From a virus, in IMG/VR virus record IMGVR_UViG_3300045988_036833, positions 1 through 55,859 of that record: DNA of 55,859 nucleotides. The stretch is one strand, 5' to 3'. Position numbers and translations under genes: made by a program. The notes under the pieces are model-generated. The model was given only the letters and a program-made list of their open reading frames with translations. It did not search any database and was not told the origin of the DNA. Each line of letters starts with the position of its first letter. Within the stretch, counting starts at the first letter, position 1. Shown here piece after piece: positions 32,319 through 40,452 of the stretch.

Positions 32319-32948
32319 TTATTCATCCACAAGGTCTGCGTACTTGACTTCAATGCGAGGAAGTTCATCGGTGGTACTGGTCAATGCTCTGGTGATTTTT
32401 TCAAGCCCGGTGAACTCGCCATAGACGTTGATAATATCATCTTCCAGAATCTTCACGGCATCGCCACCGCGCTTATCCAGCATATAATACTCGTCATCAG
32501 CATAGAAGCCATACCCGCTGTTGTCCGTGTAGGTTCTCCATGCCTTTTCGCTGCCGGAGAAGTTTGCGTCAATAATCTGCGAGACTTTTACCTTGACTAC
32601 AATCTTAGTTCCTTCATACTTTTCAGGATAACGGCACAGCTCCTTATAGTCCACAGTCTGGCACTCTGCCTTGTAATCGTCCTCGCTGATTTCAGGCGCA
32701 ACGGATGCAACGGAAGAAGCAGTGGATGCACTTGCCTTAGATGTTGCTTTGCTGCTACTTGCAGAGCTGTCAGAGCTACTACCAGAGCCGCCAATAGCAG
32801 ACAATACAATCAGAACAATGATGGCAATGAACCACCAGCGCTTGTAGATGGGCGGCTTGTTCTTACCGCCACACTGAGGGCAGACCTTTGCGCTTGCGGC
32901 AATCTCTGCTCCACAGTGCTTGCACGTTGTCATTTTACTTTTAGCCAT
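32319..32948 (-). CDS. Zn-ribbon + TM + S-rich linker + extracytoplasmic domain protein (209 aa)
   Basis: GGGAGGAATC RBS. CKHCG...CPQCGG, WWFIAIIVLIVLSAI, then a Ser-rich linker and a beta-rich domain. Confidence 0.8.
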   Translation of the reverse strand: MAKSKMTTCKHCGAEIAASAKVCPQCGGKNKPPIYKRWWFIAIIVLIVLSAIGGSGSSSDSSASSSKATSKASASTASSVASVAPEISEDDYKAECQTVDYKELCRYPEKYEGTKIVVKVKVSQIIDANFSGSEKAWRTYTDNSGYGFYADDEYYMLDKRGGDAVKILEDDIINVYGEFTGLEKITRALTSTTDELPRIEVKYADLVDE

Positions 32949-33315
32949 TGTAGATTCCTCCCTTTCAAGGCTTGTAAGGCAAGTATAGCACAGAAGCCAG
33001 ACCCTTTGTAGGGGTCTTTTTGTTTTTGCGGCTGAATTTTTGAAATTGGCAAGGGGGGTGGGGTGTTTTGCGCAGAAAAGAGGGGGCGGGTAGGCGAGGA
33101 AAACGCCTTTTTTGAATTTTTTCTACTCGAGGTGTCGACCGCCCCACCCCCGGCTCTCCCCATATACCCCAGAGGTGGAGACCCCAGCCCCAGCGCACCC
33201 GGACAGACTGCACAGAACAGGCAGCAGCGTAGGCCGTGCCGGACAGATCAGGACGGCGGCGGGTGCTGGAGGGCGCAACGCTTGTATGTTGCGTGTGCAA
33301 CGTTTTTATGTGCTT

Positions 33316-33367
33316 GTACGTTTAATCTTGAATATACTATTGACTTGTACGTTTAATCGTGTATAAT
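33316..33367 (+). promoter_or_regulatory. Promoter of the 33425..34922 operon with two copies of the TGTACGTTTAATC motif
   Basis: TTGACT (33340-45), a 16-nt spacer, then TATAAT (33362-67). The spacer carries TGTACGTTTAATCGT (33346-60). A second copy of the motif lies at 33316-28. Confidence 0.6.
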
Positions 33368-33424
33368 AGTAAATGTACAGAGGATGTACACCACCACACC
33401 ACCACAAAACAGGAGGACAAAACA

Positions 33425-33874
33425 ATGAAAAAGGCCTATAAATGTAGTGACCTTTATACCGCCACATTTGAGGACGGCGCGTTAATGACCGGCACTCTTG
33501 AGCAAATCTATACAGCCCAGAACAACCGCAGAATGACCATCAAGCCCGTTGTGTGGCTCTGGTGCAGTGACAACGGTTTGTATATGGTAGACTACATCTT
33601 GGAGGGTGCGGGCTGGACACTGGGTGCATTTGACACGCTGGCAGACGCAGAAAAGGCAGTGACAGCGTTTAACGCACAGCCTGCCGCAGATGTTGCCGCA
33701 ATGCTCACGGCGGACGCTCTTAAACTCTTTACCTGTGAAGTAGAATGCAAGGCACTTTGCGACGATGGTAAACAATATAATGCTATTTGGTGCCCAGATT
33801 GTGGGCAGATTTATTACACCATCCCGGCAAAAGTTAAGGTACTGGGCTATATCCCGCAGTATAAGGAGGACTAA
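33425..33874 (+). CDS. Hypothetical protein (149 aa)
   Basis: ATG at 33425 after ACAGGAGGACAAAACA. C-terminal CxxxC...CPDCG. Confidence 0.7.
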   Translation: MKKAYKCSDLYTATFEDGALMTGTLEQIYTAQNNRRMTIKPVVWLWCSDNGLYMVDYILEGAGWTLGAFDTLADAEKAVTAFNAQPAADVAAMLTADALKLFTCEVECKALCDDGKQYNAIWCPDCGQIYYTIPAKVKVLGYIPQYKED

Positions 33875-33877
33875 ACG

Positions 33878-34075
33878 ATGACCAGATCAGACGAATTAAA
33901 CGCAGAAATCAGAAATCAGGCGGTGCGCCTTTATCCCAAGTGTGCCGGGCTGTTTGAGCTGCCGTTGATGGTATACACTCAAATTGTAGCGGACAACCTG
34001 ACCCGCTCCAAGCCGTACCGCTTGAGCGTTGAGCGGTGCAAAAAAATCATTCTGGCTATGCCGGAATTTGACTAA
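33878..34075 (+). CDS. Hypothetical protein (65 aa)
   Basis: AAGGAGGAC RBS, 3 nt after the previous stop. Confidence 0.6.
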   Translation: MTRSDELNAEIRNQAVRLYPKCAGLFELPLMVYTQIVADNLTRSKPYRLSVERCKKIILAMPEFD

Positions 34076-34090
34076 AAAGGGGTGTAAACA

Positions 34091-34186
34091 ATGATTACTC
34101 TTGACTTTTCCCAGTGGGCTGCCCTCTGGTATGTGGGCGGCATGATCAGCGGGGCGTTGGTTATGCTGGTATTTCTTAATAGCTAA
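34091..34186 (+). CDS. Small hydrophobic peptide (31 aa)
   Basis: Not in the track. AAAAGGGGTG RBS. WAALWYVGGMISGALVMLVFL is a single TM helix. Confidence 0.4.
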   Translation: MITLDFSQWAALWYVGGMISGALVMLVFLNS

Positions 34187-34201
34187 TAAGGAGGGGCAGA
34201 A

Positions 34202-34444
34202 ATGAAAAATAAAAAATATCTTGATTCACTCGATTCAGAGAGAAAATATTGTTTGCTTGACCGTATGCGCATTGATTGCGAGTATTTTTTGGGATTCGGA
34301 GCCCGCCACGAAAAATATTTGTGGGCTGGTAATGTGGCCGACCATATCGCCAATATGCTGTATTTATATGATAGCATCGGAGAAAAGCCGGAATGGCTGA
34401 CCCGTGAAGACATTTTGAAATATAAAAAAGAAATGGAGGGCTAA
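34202..34444 (+). CDS. Hypothetical protein (80 aa)
   Basis: AAGGAGGGG RBS. Confidence 0.65.
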   Translation: MKNKKYLDSLDSERKYCLLDRMRIDCEYFLGFGARHEKYLWAGNVADHIANMLYLYDSIGEKPEWLTREDILKYKKEMEG

Positions 34445-34447
34445 AAA

Positions 34448-34711
34448 ATGACGTTGTTTGAAGAAAAGGTGAACGAGTACCGCGAAAACAAGCGGCTTTT
34501 GGAAGAGCTGGAAGCGATGAACGAAAGCATTAAGGCAGATATTATCTGCATGATGCAGGGCGCGCCGGAGATGGCGCAAGGCACCGCAAAAGCCATTTAC
34601 AAGGATGTGCAAAGCGTCCGGCTAGATAACAAGCTACTCAAGACGCTGCACCCGGATATATATGCAGAATGCAGTAGCAAGACCACCTACAAGCGGTTCA
34701 GCGTGGTATAA
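34448..34711 (+). CDS. Hypothetical protein (87 aa)
   Basis: GGAGGG RBS, 3 nt after the previous stop. Confidence 0.65.
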   Translation: MTLFEEKVNEYRENKRLLEELEAMNESIKADIICMMQGAPEMAQGTAKAIYKDVQSVRLDNKLLKTLHPDIYAECSSKTTYKRFSVV

Positions 34712-34724
34712 TGGAGGTCAAAAA

Positions 34725-34922
34725 ATGAAAATTGATGAATTGAGCGAAAAACAGGTCAGCTTGCTTCTTGATCTTGAAAACCAGCGCAAAAAGAACGAAG
34801 CGGACGGCGGCAAATATTCAGATTTTTATCTCCGTGTCTGTTTTGCGGCTGTTGCAAAATATTTTGATCTTGAGGGCGGGCGGTTTGAGTGGTTCGAAGG
34901 GTTAAAGGAGATGCAAAAATGA
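34725..34922 (+). CDS. Hypothetical protein (65 aa)
   Basis: ATG at 34725 after AATGGAGGTCAAAAA (the tracked ORF starts at 34662). Confidence 0.6.
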   Translation: MKIDELSEKQVSLLLDLENQRKKNEADGGKYSDFYLRVCFAAVAKYFDLEGGRFEWFEGLKEMQK

Positions 34923-34995
34923 TTTTATCCGCGCTTCTGTTTTTCTTCTGGTTTTTTTCTGCGCTGTTTAAGGCGTCCAAATAAAAAGCATTCCA

Positions 34996-35062
34996 CCCGG
35001 TCAGAAATGGCCGGGCTTTTCTTTTGCCTTGCATCTGCCGAGGGTGCAGGGCTTTTATTTTT
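34996..35062 (+). terminator. Two tandem intrinsic terminators ending the + strand operon
   Basis: CCCGG..CCGGG followed by CTTTTCTTTT, then GCCTTGCA..TGCAGGGC followed by TTTTATTTTT. Confidence 0.65.
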
Positions 35063-35580
35063 GCCCTGATACAACGTGGCCACACACAAGCATTTACAGC
35101 GGCCTTTCTGCCGTCCATGCAAATTTATACCGCCCGAACACCAAAACCGTTTACATGGCTTTGCAAGGGCATTCCCGTAGATTTGCCCTATTCCGGCACA
35201 CACAACACAGCAGCCACACAAGCCGCCTATACACAGCCTGCGCCACACCAGAGAGCATACCGCCAAGCGCAGCACCTCCGCCAATACCAGATACCACCGC
35301 CACGCCGGACGCTGTACAATGCTGCGCAGCCGCCTATTATAATAATGTATATAAGGGCGCAGCGGTGCGTACCCGTTATAGATCCATATCAGGCGGTGCA
35401 GCACATCGCAGACCGTGCCAGCCCGGCGGCTTACGATCTGGCACCGGTCAGCAGTCAGGGCGCACCCTCCACCCGGCGGGGCAGTCCAGCAGCAGGGGCG
35501 CGGCGGGCGGCGCGGAACAATTGACGGCTTGTCGCCGCATCTCTTTTCGGGCTATCGCCCGATAGCTAATAGAGGTCAGC

Positions 35581-36137
35581 AATAGTCGCAGCGTTCCGGC
35601 TAGAATAGTCGTAACCAATAGTCGTAGTTTTTCCAATAAAATAGTCGCAAAGTCGTCAGATGACCTCTGTTTGAAAGTCCTATATATAGTATAGTAACGA
35701 GTTGTCCGCTGATAGTCGCAAAGTAATAGTCGTAGCGTTTTCTTGCGAGTTATCGTTAATTAGTCGTGTTTTTTGTGTGAAATAGTCGTTTGCCTTTTAG
35801 GAAAAGAGAGGTGCGATAGTCGCTAAGCCATCAGACCTCCCCAAAACCAAGATATGTCAAGACACCTGTCAATTTTATTCTCGTCTAGCCATACCAAATT
35901 CGTATACCAACCGTACTTATTATAGTATACGCTTATATATCCTAGTAACTATCTAGGGATTATTCTGCAGGAATAGTCGTATCATCCGATTCGGTCTGTT
36001 CCTACTCGATTTAATTCCCAGTAATACACTATGGTATTATATTCAATTCATAGCATTTTACTAGGAATAATCAATGCAACATTTATACATATCCAACCGA
36101 CTACAAAATGAAGTCAATTCTCCATGTGAAATAGTCG
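35581..36137 (+). repeat. Co-oriented iteron array, core (A)ATAGTCG
   Basis: Exact AATAGTCG at 35581, 35604, 35617, 35640, 35725, 35781, 35972 and 36130, plus an outlier at 36515. GATAGTCG at 35711 and 35815. ATTAGTCG at 35759. All on the + strand, in a gene-free region. Confidence 0.85.
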
Positions 36138-36307
36138 TAGCCCATCCACCAGCCCGAACCTCACGCCAGCTCTCGCCTACGGTTTTCTCTGCTGGCTTTG
36201 CAATTTCGCATAACTGTTATTTATTCACTTTTGAACTATTGTGGCACACCCGGCTCCGTCAACGCGCGCGCTTGCGCATATAACGCCCGCGGACGCGCTA
36301 AATACAC

Positions 36308-36419
36308 GGGGAGGGAAAGGGGGAGCACGGAAGATGTTGGGGGGATTATAGGGGGTAATAGGGGTTGTAGGGGAAAGAGGGGGGCAAAAGGGGGAAAGAG
36401 GAAACAAGGGGGAAAGGGG
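36308..36419 (+). repeat. Purine tract with ten runs of four or more G
   Basis: ggggagggaaagggggagc...ttggggggatt..agggggtaataggggttgtaggggaaagaggggggcaaaagggggaaag...caagggggaaagggga. ORFs across it are low-complexity artefacts. Confidence 0.8.
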
Positions 36420-36801
36420 ACAAAAATTTGAAAGCCATTTTCGAAAGTGACACTCGAAGCGTTTTTTCGTCTCACACATCTTGCTTTCGTCTCAATCAAC
36501 CATGCGATTGGACAAATAGTCGTTGGCATCCGCCCATCTGGCTGCTATCATCGCGGGAAAGGCGTGTAGGAGCCCGTCTGCCGCGTTTTTCTGATTGACC
36601 CGATAACTTTCACGCCTGACCTCGAAAAGCAGTTCTCCACGCTTCTGCATCGGTCTGATTGCATAGCTCAGTCTGCTATATGCCATCAGCATCAACGGAG
36701 AGCCGCCTACGAGCGTCTGTGGAGCGTTTTCGTGATGAAGTCGATAAAGTTATCGTCTAGCATATGAAACGCCTTAAAACAGGCTCTCTCGTTGAGTTAA
36801 G

Positions 36802-36827
36802 AAAAAAGGCTGCCATTGCTGACAGCC
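36802..36827 (-). terminator. Intrinsic terminator after dnaB
   Basis: On the - strand: GGCTGTCAGCAATGGCAGCC followed by TTTTTT, 8 nt after the dnaB stop. Confidence 0.75.
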
Positions 36828-36834
36828 CATGTGC

Positions 36835-38040
36835 TTAATCCATCCAAGTGTACTCTTGGAACCGTTGAATCTGCTTGTTAAACGTGATGGGAAGGTCTCC
36901 TATCTCGCCTTCCTTGTTCTTGCTCAGCCGGAACAGGTACTTGTCGGGGTTATCGCCGGACAGAAGGATGATTGCATCTGCGTCCTGTTCAATCTGTCCG
37001 CTCTCTCGCAAGTCGGAGTTAGTAGGCGTTGCTCCGGGCTTGGATGGGTTTCGATTAAGCTGCGCCAGTGCCACCACGACAATGCCTGTGGTCTGTGCCA
37101 GTTCGTGCAGGGCAATGGATATAGCTGTAATGGCGGCATATCTGTCCTTTGCGCCTGTTTCGTGGATGAGTTGAAGATAGTCTACGAAGATGACCTGAGC
37201 CTTTTTACGGAGAGCCTGAGCCTTCATCCACGCCACGTTCTTTCCTGCAGCAGAGCGGATATATAAGGGCATCTTCATGTTCTTTGCCTGTCCGTCAATC
37301 TCATTCAAGCTGACCGCCTTATTTTTCACCGTGTCCAGAGGGCAGTATATCTGATTAGCCATCAGACGTGCGCCCAGCTTGCGTTTGCTGGTTTCCAAGC
37401 TGAAATAGTACACGGTGTAGTTTTGCTTTGCCATGCTTGCTGCTATTTGCAAGGACAGGGCTGTCTTGCCCGCAGACGGTCTGCCGCCGATGATAATAAA
37501 ATCACCCGGTGAAATGTGCAGCGCTTCATCCAGACGCTCTAGGCCTGTCTTGATGTACACAGGCTTATCGTCCATGTGAAGCACATAGTCGTTCAGCACA
37601 TCCTCGTATGTCCACGCATCTTCTTCCTCAGCTTTCAGGCTCATCGCCTCGCCCATCTGCTGGTAAATGTCTGATAGATCAGAATAGTCGGTAAGCTCGC
37701 TGGCCATCTGGAATGCCAGGCCTTGCACGCGAGCGAGTGCAGCTTGTTCTCTGATAAGCTGTACCCAACGCTGCATCTGCTCCCCGTCAATTCGTACACA
37801 CTCTGATTCACAGGTTTGTACACACCCCAAGAGCGTCTGCGCTACGTCTGGATGCTGCGTGTTTATCTCGACTATATCTATCTTACCCCTAGCCGTCCAA
37901 TAGCCCTGAACAGCCGCGAAAGCGTCTCTCAGCTCAGGTCTGAACAAGTCAAGTTCAAGGTCTGGTATGATTTCATCCACAACGCCCGGCTTGCAGAGCA
38001 TCAGCGCGCCGATAAATACCGTTTGAACGTCCATTGTCAT
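36835..38040 (-). CDS. dnaB: Replicative DNA helicase (DnaB family)
   Basis: GDFIIIGGRPSAGKTALSL (Walker A), VIFVDYLQLI (Walker B), later SGQIEQDADAII. 401 aa. Confidence 0.92.
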   Translation of the reverse strand: MTMDVQTVFIGALMLCKPGVVDEIIPDLELDLFRPELRDAFAAVQGYWTARGKIDIVEINTQHPDVAQTLLGCVQTCESECVRIDGEQMQRWVQLIREQAALARVQGLAFQMASELTDYSDLSDIYQQMGEAMSLKAEEEDAWTYEDVLNDYVLHMDDKPVYIKTGLERLDEALHISPGDFIIIGGRPSAGKTALSLQIAASMAKQNYTVYYFSLETSKRKLGARLMANQIYCPLDTVKNKAVSLNEIDGQAKNMKMPLYIRSAAGKNVAWMKAQALRKKAQVIFVDYLQLIHETGAKDRYAAITAISIALHELAQTTGIVVVALAQLNRNPSKPGATPTNSDLRESGQIEQDADAIILLSGDNPDKYLFRLSKNKEGEIGDLPITFNKQIQRFQEYTWMD

Positions 38041-38675
38041 AGTCTAGGAAACTCCATCTCCGTACTTTGCTCGTACTGGTCATCCTGTTTCAATACGTAA
38101 ATGTCCTGCCATCCGGCATATATGCTCTGGTCGAGAATGGCTTTCCAGTCATGCCGATCAAACTTTTCCAGCTTGTTGCAGAGCATCTGTTTTGCCCGGT
38201 CTGTCATAGGCTTCTTGATTCTTGTACGCATCTGTGCGAACTCTCGCAGGGATTCCAGAAGGGCTTTATCGCCATGAGCAAAGTCGGAGAAGATGTCAGG
38301 TTTCTTTTTGACTGCACTCTCCGGCAGGGTCTTGACGTTCATCTGACTGTCAGTTGATACAATGGGCTCATTGTCATCTGACTTTGAACTCATAGATGAG
38401 TTGACTTTCATCTCATTTATGACATGAGGATGAGCCGACTTTCGTGTAGACCATCCTTTTGACGCAATATCGCTTCTTTTCTGCTCTTTATCGAGCAGAT
38501 GTTTAATCAAAATGAAACAAGATTCTGCCTTTTTTGAGTTCAAAGTTGCGTCTTTTTCTTCAAAAACGTATGCACAGATTGCATCGTAGAGTTCCAACTT
38601 CTCTTTACTTTTGAGTGTGGAGATGGCTTCAAAGTAGTATCGTTGGAATGTAAAGCTGTCTCGTTTTTTGTCCAT
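38037..38675 (-). CDS. Replisome organiser / replication initiation-type protein
   Basis: ATG at 38675 after AGAGGATTGAGC. ATGA overlap with the dnaB start. N-terminal FTFQRYYFEAI...LELYDAICAYVF and C-terminal ...AGWQDIY resemble phage replisome organisers. Partly positional. Confidence 0.6.
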   Translation of the reverse strand: MDKKRDSFTFQRYYFEAISTLKSKEKLELYDAICAYVFEEKDATLNSKKAESCFILIKHLLDKEQKRSDIASKGWSTRKSAHPHVINEMKVNSSMSSKSDDNEPIVSTDSQMNVKTLPESAVKKKPDIFSDFAHGDKALLESLREFAQMRTRIKKPMTDRAKQMLCNKLEKFDRHDWKAILDQSIYAGWQDIYVLKQDDQYEQSTEMEFPRL

Positions 38676-38677
38676 GC

Positions 38678-38908
38678 TCAATCCTCTTTGTAGCGTTTGT
38701 TCCATGCTTCGATAAGGTCTTTTTTAATCTTTTCTTTATCGGCTTCGGAGTAATCAGAGTTGTATAGCTTACTTTCCATGAATACCCGGCACTTGCATCC
38801 ATTCTTGCCGTTTCCTCTTGTTATAGACATCCATCTTGTCAAATAGTCGCCTGTTTCGGCAATGGCAACTTTTCCGCCGCAGAACGGGCATCTCTTAAGT
38901 TCTTCCAT
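38678..38908 (-). CDS. Lar-family restriction-alleviation-like Zn-ribbon protein
   Basis: CPFCGGK near the N-terminus, a second Cys pair CKC, and C-terminal EAWNKR, as in Lar-type proteins. Confidence 0.6.
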   Translation of the reverse strand: MEELKRCPFCGGKVAIAETGDYLTRWMSITRGNGKNGCKCRVFMESKLYNSDYSEADKEKIKKDLIEAWNKRYKED

Positions 38909-38920
38909 CCTTAATCCTCC

Positions 38921-39202
38921 TTACACCGGGCACTCAGCGTCAGATTCACGCAGCCAACCTTCGCCCGGAATGTTGACTATCTCATAATACTGCCGTGCAA
39001 CATAGATTGTTTTTTGTCCATCCTCAGCAATCAGACCGACAATCAGATAGTTGCCAGCAGCCATAAAGAACCAAGGGTTGCTCTTGTAGGTCTCACCCTT
39101 CATCCAGTTCTTCATCCTGTTCACGGCTTTTTCAATATCCTTATCGGGGCAGTCCGGGTTGTCGTACGCAAAGAAATCTTCAGGAAATTTAAGTTTTTTC
39201 AC
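38921..39202 (-). CDS. Hypothetical protein (93 aa)
   Basis: GTG start with a GTGA overlap onto the upstream stop. GAGAGGGA upstream. Confidence 0.55.
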   Translation of the reverse strand: MKKLKFPEDFFAYDNPDCPDKDIEKAVNRMKNWMKGETYKSNPWFFMAAGNYLIVGLIAEDGQKTIYVARQYYEIVNIPGEGWLRESDAECPV

Positions 39203-39399
39203 TTTCTAAATCCCTCTCTCGTTCTCATAATTCGTTTGCATCCTTCAGATAGCTTTGCGCCTTTACGGTATACAGGCCGATTGTGCTTCTGCTTGATGTA
39301 ACCGCACTGCGTTTCGGACTGTCTGATAGCATTTGCAAGCTGTTCAAGTGATGCAGCGCATCGGTTCATCGCTTCTGTTAATGCTTCAAATCCATCCAT
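39199..39399 (-). CDS. Hypothetical protein (66 aa)
   Basis: GGAGGAC RBS. Confidence 0.55.
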   Translation of the reverse strand: MDGFEALTEAMNRCAASLEQLANAIRQSETQCGYIKQKHNRPVYRKGAKLSEGCKRIMRTREGFRK

Positions 39400-39401
39400 A
39401 T

Positions 39402-39617
39402 TTAGTCCTCCGTAGGCGGTTCAGGCATAGGCATCCAATGTGTAACATTTTTGAATGGGATGCACTCTCTTGCTTCACACCAACCACCGTTTGCATCATA
39501 ATAGGCTACCCAGTCACCAGCTTTTTTGTCGTGAACCAGAACATAATCGCTGGCAAAATCGTTTTTTGGAACATCGGGCAATCTATCCTTGACACTAATC
39601 CAATTGTTCATACTCAT
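39402..39617 (-). CDS. DUF551-like protein
   Basis: NNWISVKDRLP...THWMPMPEPP signature. Start is ambiguous (GTG 39620, ATG 39617 or ATG 39611). Confidence 0.65.
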   Translation of the reverse strand: MSMNNWISVKDRLPDVPKNDFASDYVLVHDKKAGDWVAYYDANGGWCEARECIPFKNVTHWMPMPEPPTED

Positions 39618-39621
39618 CACC

Positions 39622-39855
39622 TCACACCATCGGGAACGTCATCCAATGCGTCACCGTCACATCTTCCGGCAGTCTCTCGCCTATCTCATCCCAGAACTGA
39701 CCGTCTGCGTAACAGCCAAGAAAGTACGCTGTCGGCGAGATTCCTTGCAACATTTTTCCATCTTTATCACGCCACGTTGTCTTGGTCGCAAGCAACAAAG
39801 GCTGCGTTCGCTCTCGTGGCGGTTCGCTTGCTGGATGCCAAAGTGTGTTAGCCAT
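39622..39855 (-). CDS. DUF551-like protein (divergent paralog)
   Basis: ATG at 39855 (MANTLWHPASEPP...VTHWMTFP). Confidence 0.55.
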   Translation of the reverse strand: MANTLWHPASEPPRERTQPLLLATKTTWRDKDGKMLQGISPTAYFLGCYADGQFWDEIGERLPEDVTVTHWMTFPMV

Positions 39856-40072
39856 TTTTATACCCCGCAGTAGCAAGAACGACTACATATCCAATTAAGA
39901 AAATAGCAACATTGATAACCGCACAAGTAACAACCTTGATAACAGTGCTGTCAATATATTCATCCAAAGTGTCCCAAAGGATATATCGTTCAAACAGATA
40001 AATGGGAGATACAAACAATATCCCCACCATCGTTGTCAAAACGATGCCTAAAGCAACTTCATATATCGGCAT
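39848..40072 (-). CDS. Small membrane protein (two TM helices)
   Basis: ATG at 40072 after GAAGGGAGAAAGGGCA. Confidence 0.55.
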   Translation of the reverse strand: MPIYEVALGIVLTTMVGILFVSPIYLFERYILWDTLDEYIDSTVIKVVTCAVINVAIFLIGYVVVLATAGYKNG

Positions 40073-40086
40073 TGCCCTTTCTCCCT

Positions 40087-40452
40087 TCAATCTCCGTCCC
40101 ACACACCATCAGGCCACATCTTTGCAAATGCCAGCAGTCCGTACAGCGCACGCTTTGCATTGCCTTCTGTGGCGTTCCAGTAGTTGCTGTCGTCTACATC
40201 GTCACCTAATGCGGAGATGGCCTTTTCAAGCATCGGAATGCTTTCTGCGCCTGTTTTGCCATAGATGGAGCGGATGCCGTTCTCACCAAACACTTCCGGT
40301 TGATAATAGAAGTGACCGTAATTATAGGTGACGTTGAGCCACAGTTCTTTCGTTCCGCCCATAGCGCGCATACCACCAGCGATAAAATGCGTACTATCTG
40401 CTTTGAGCGGTTTATGCGTTACTGGGTCGCACAGTGAAATATCATAGCTCAT
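40087..40452 (-). CDS. Hypothetical protein (121 aa)
   Basis: ATG at 40452 (MSYDISLCDP...). Overlaps the upstream stop. Confidence 0.6.
   Translation of the reverse strand: MSYDISLCDPVTHKPLKADSTHFIAGGMRAMGGTKELWLNVTYNYGHFYYQPEVFGENGIRSIYGKTGAESIPMLEKAISALGDDVDDSNYWNATEGNAKRALYGLLAFAKMWPDGVWDGD

Noticed and set aside
32930-33366. ORFs 32930..33163, 32965..33300, 33063..33356 and 33112..33366.
   Set aside because: They cover the GC-rich spacer in several frames, have no RBS and give P/G/R-rich low-complexity products.
34925-35636. ORFs of 159-178 aa on both strands (34925..35404, 35024..35524, 35029..35565, 35448..35636).
   Set aside because: They have no RBS and run through two intrinsic terminators. 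They have P/A/R/C-rich low-complexity translations in several frames at once, as expected for GC-rich non-coding DNA.
35581-36137. The possibility that the AATAGTCG array (or the 22-bp iterons at 55355-55465) is a CRISPR array.
   Set aside because: The repeats are only 8-9 nt (or contiguous 22-mers without spacers), the spacing is irregular, and no cas genes are present.
36198-36695. ORFs 36198..36431, 36225..36479, 36236..36529 and 36492..36695.
   Set aside because: The first three are translations of the G-run/pyrimidine tract (poly-G/K/R or P/L/F). 36492..36695 has no RBS and begins right after a stop. It might be a gene remnant, but I cannot support it.
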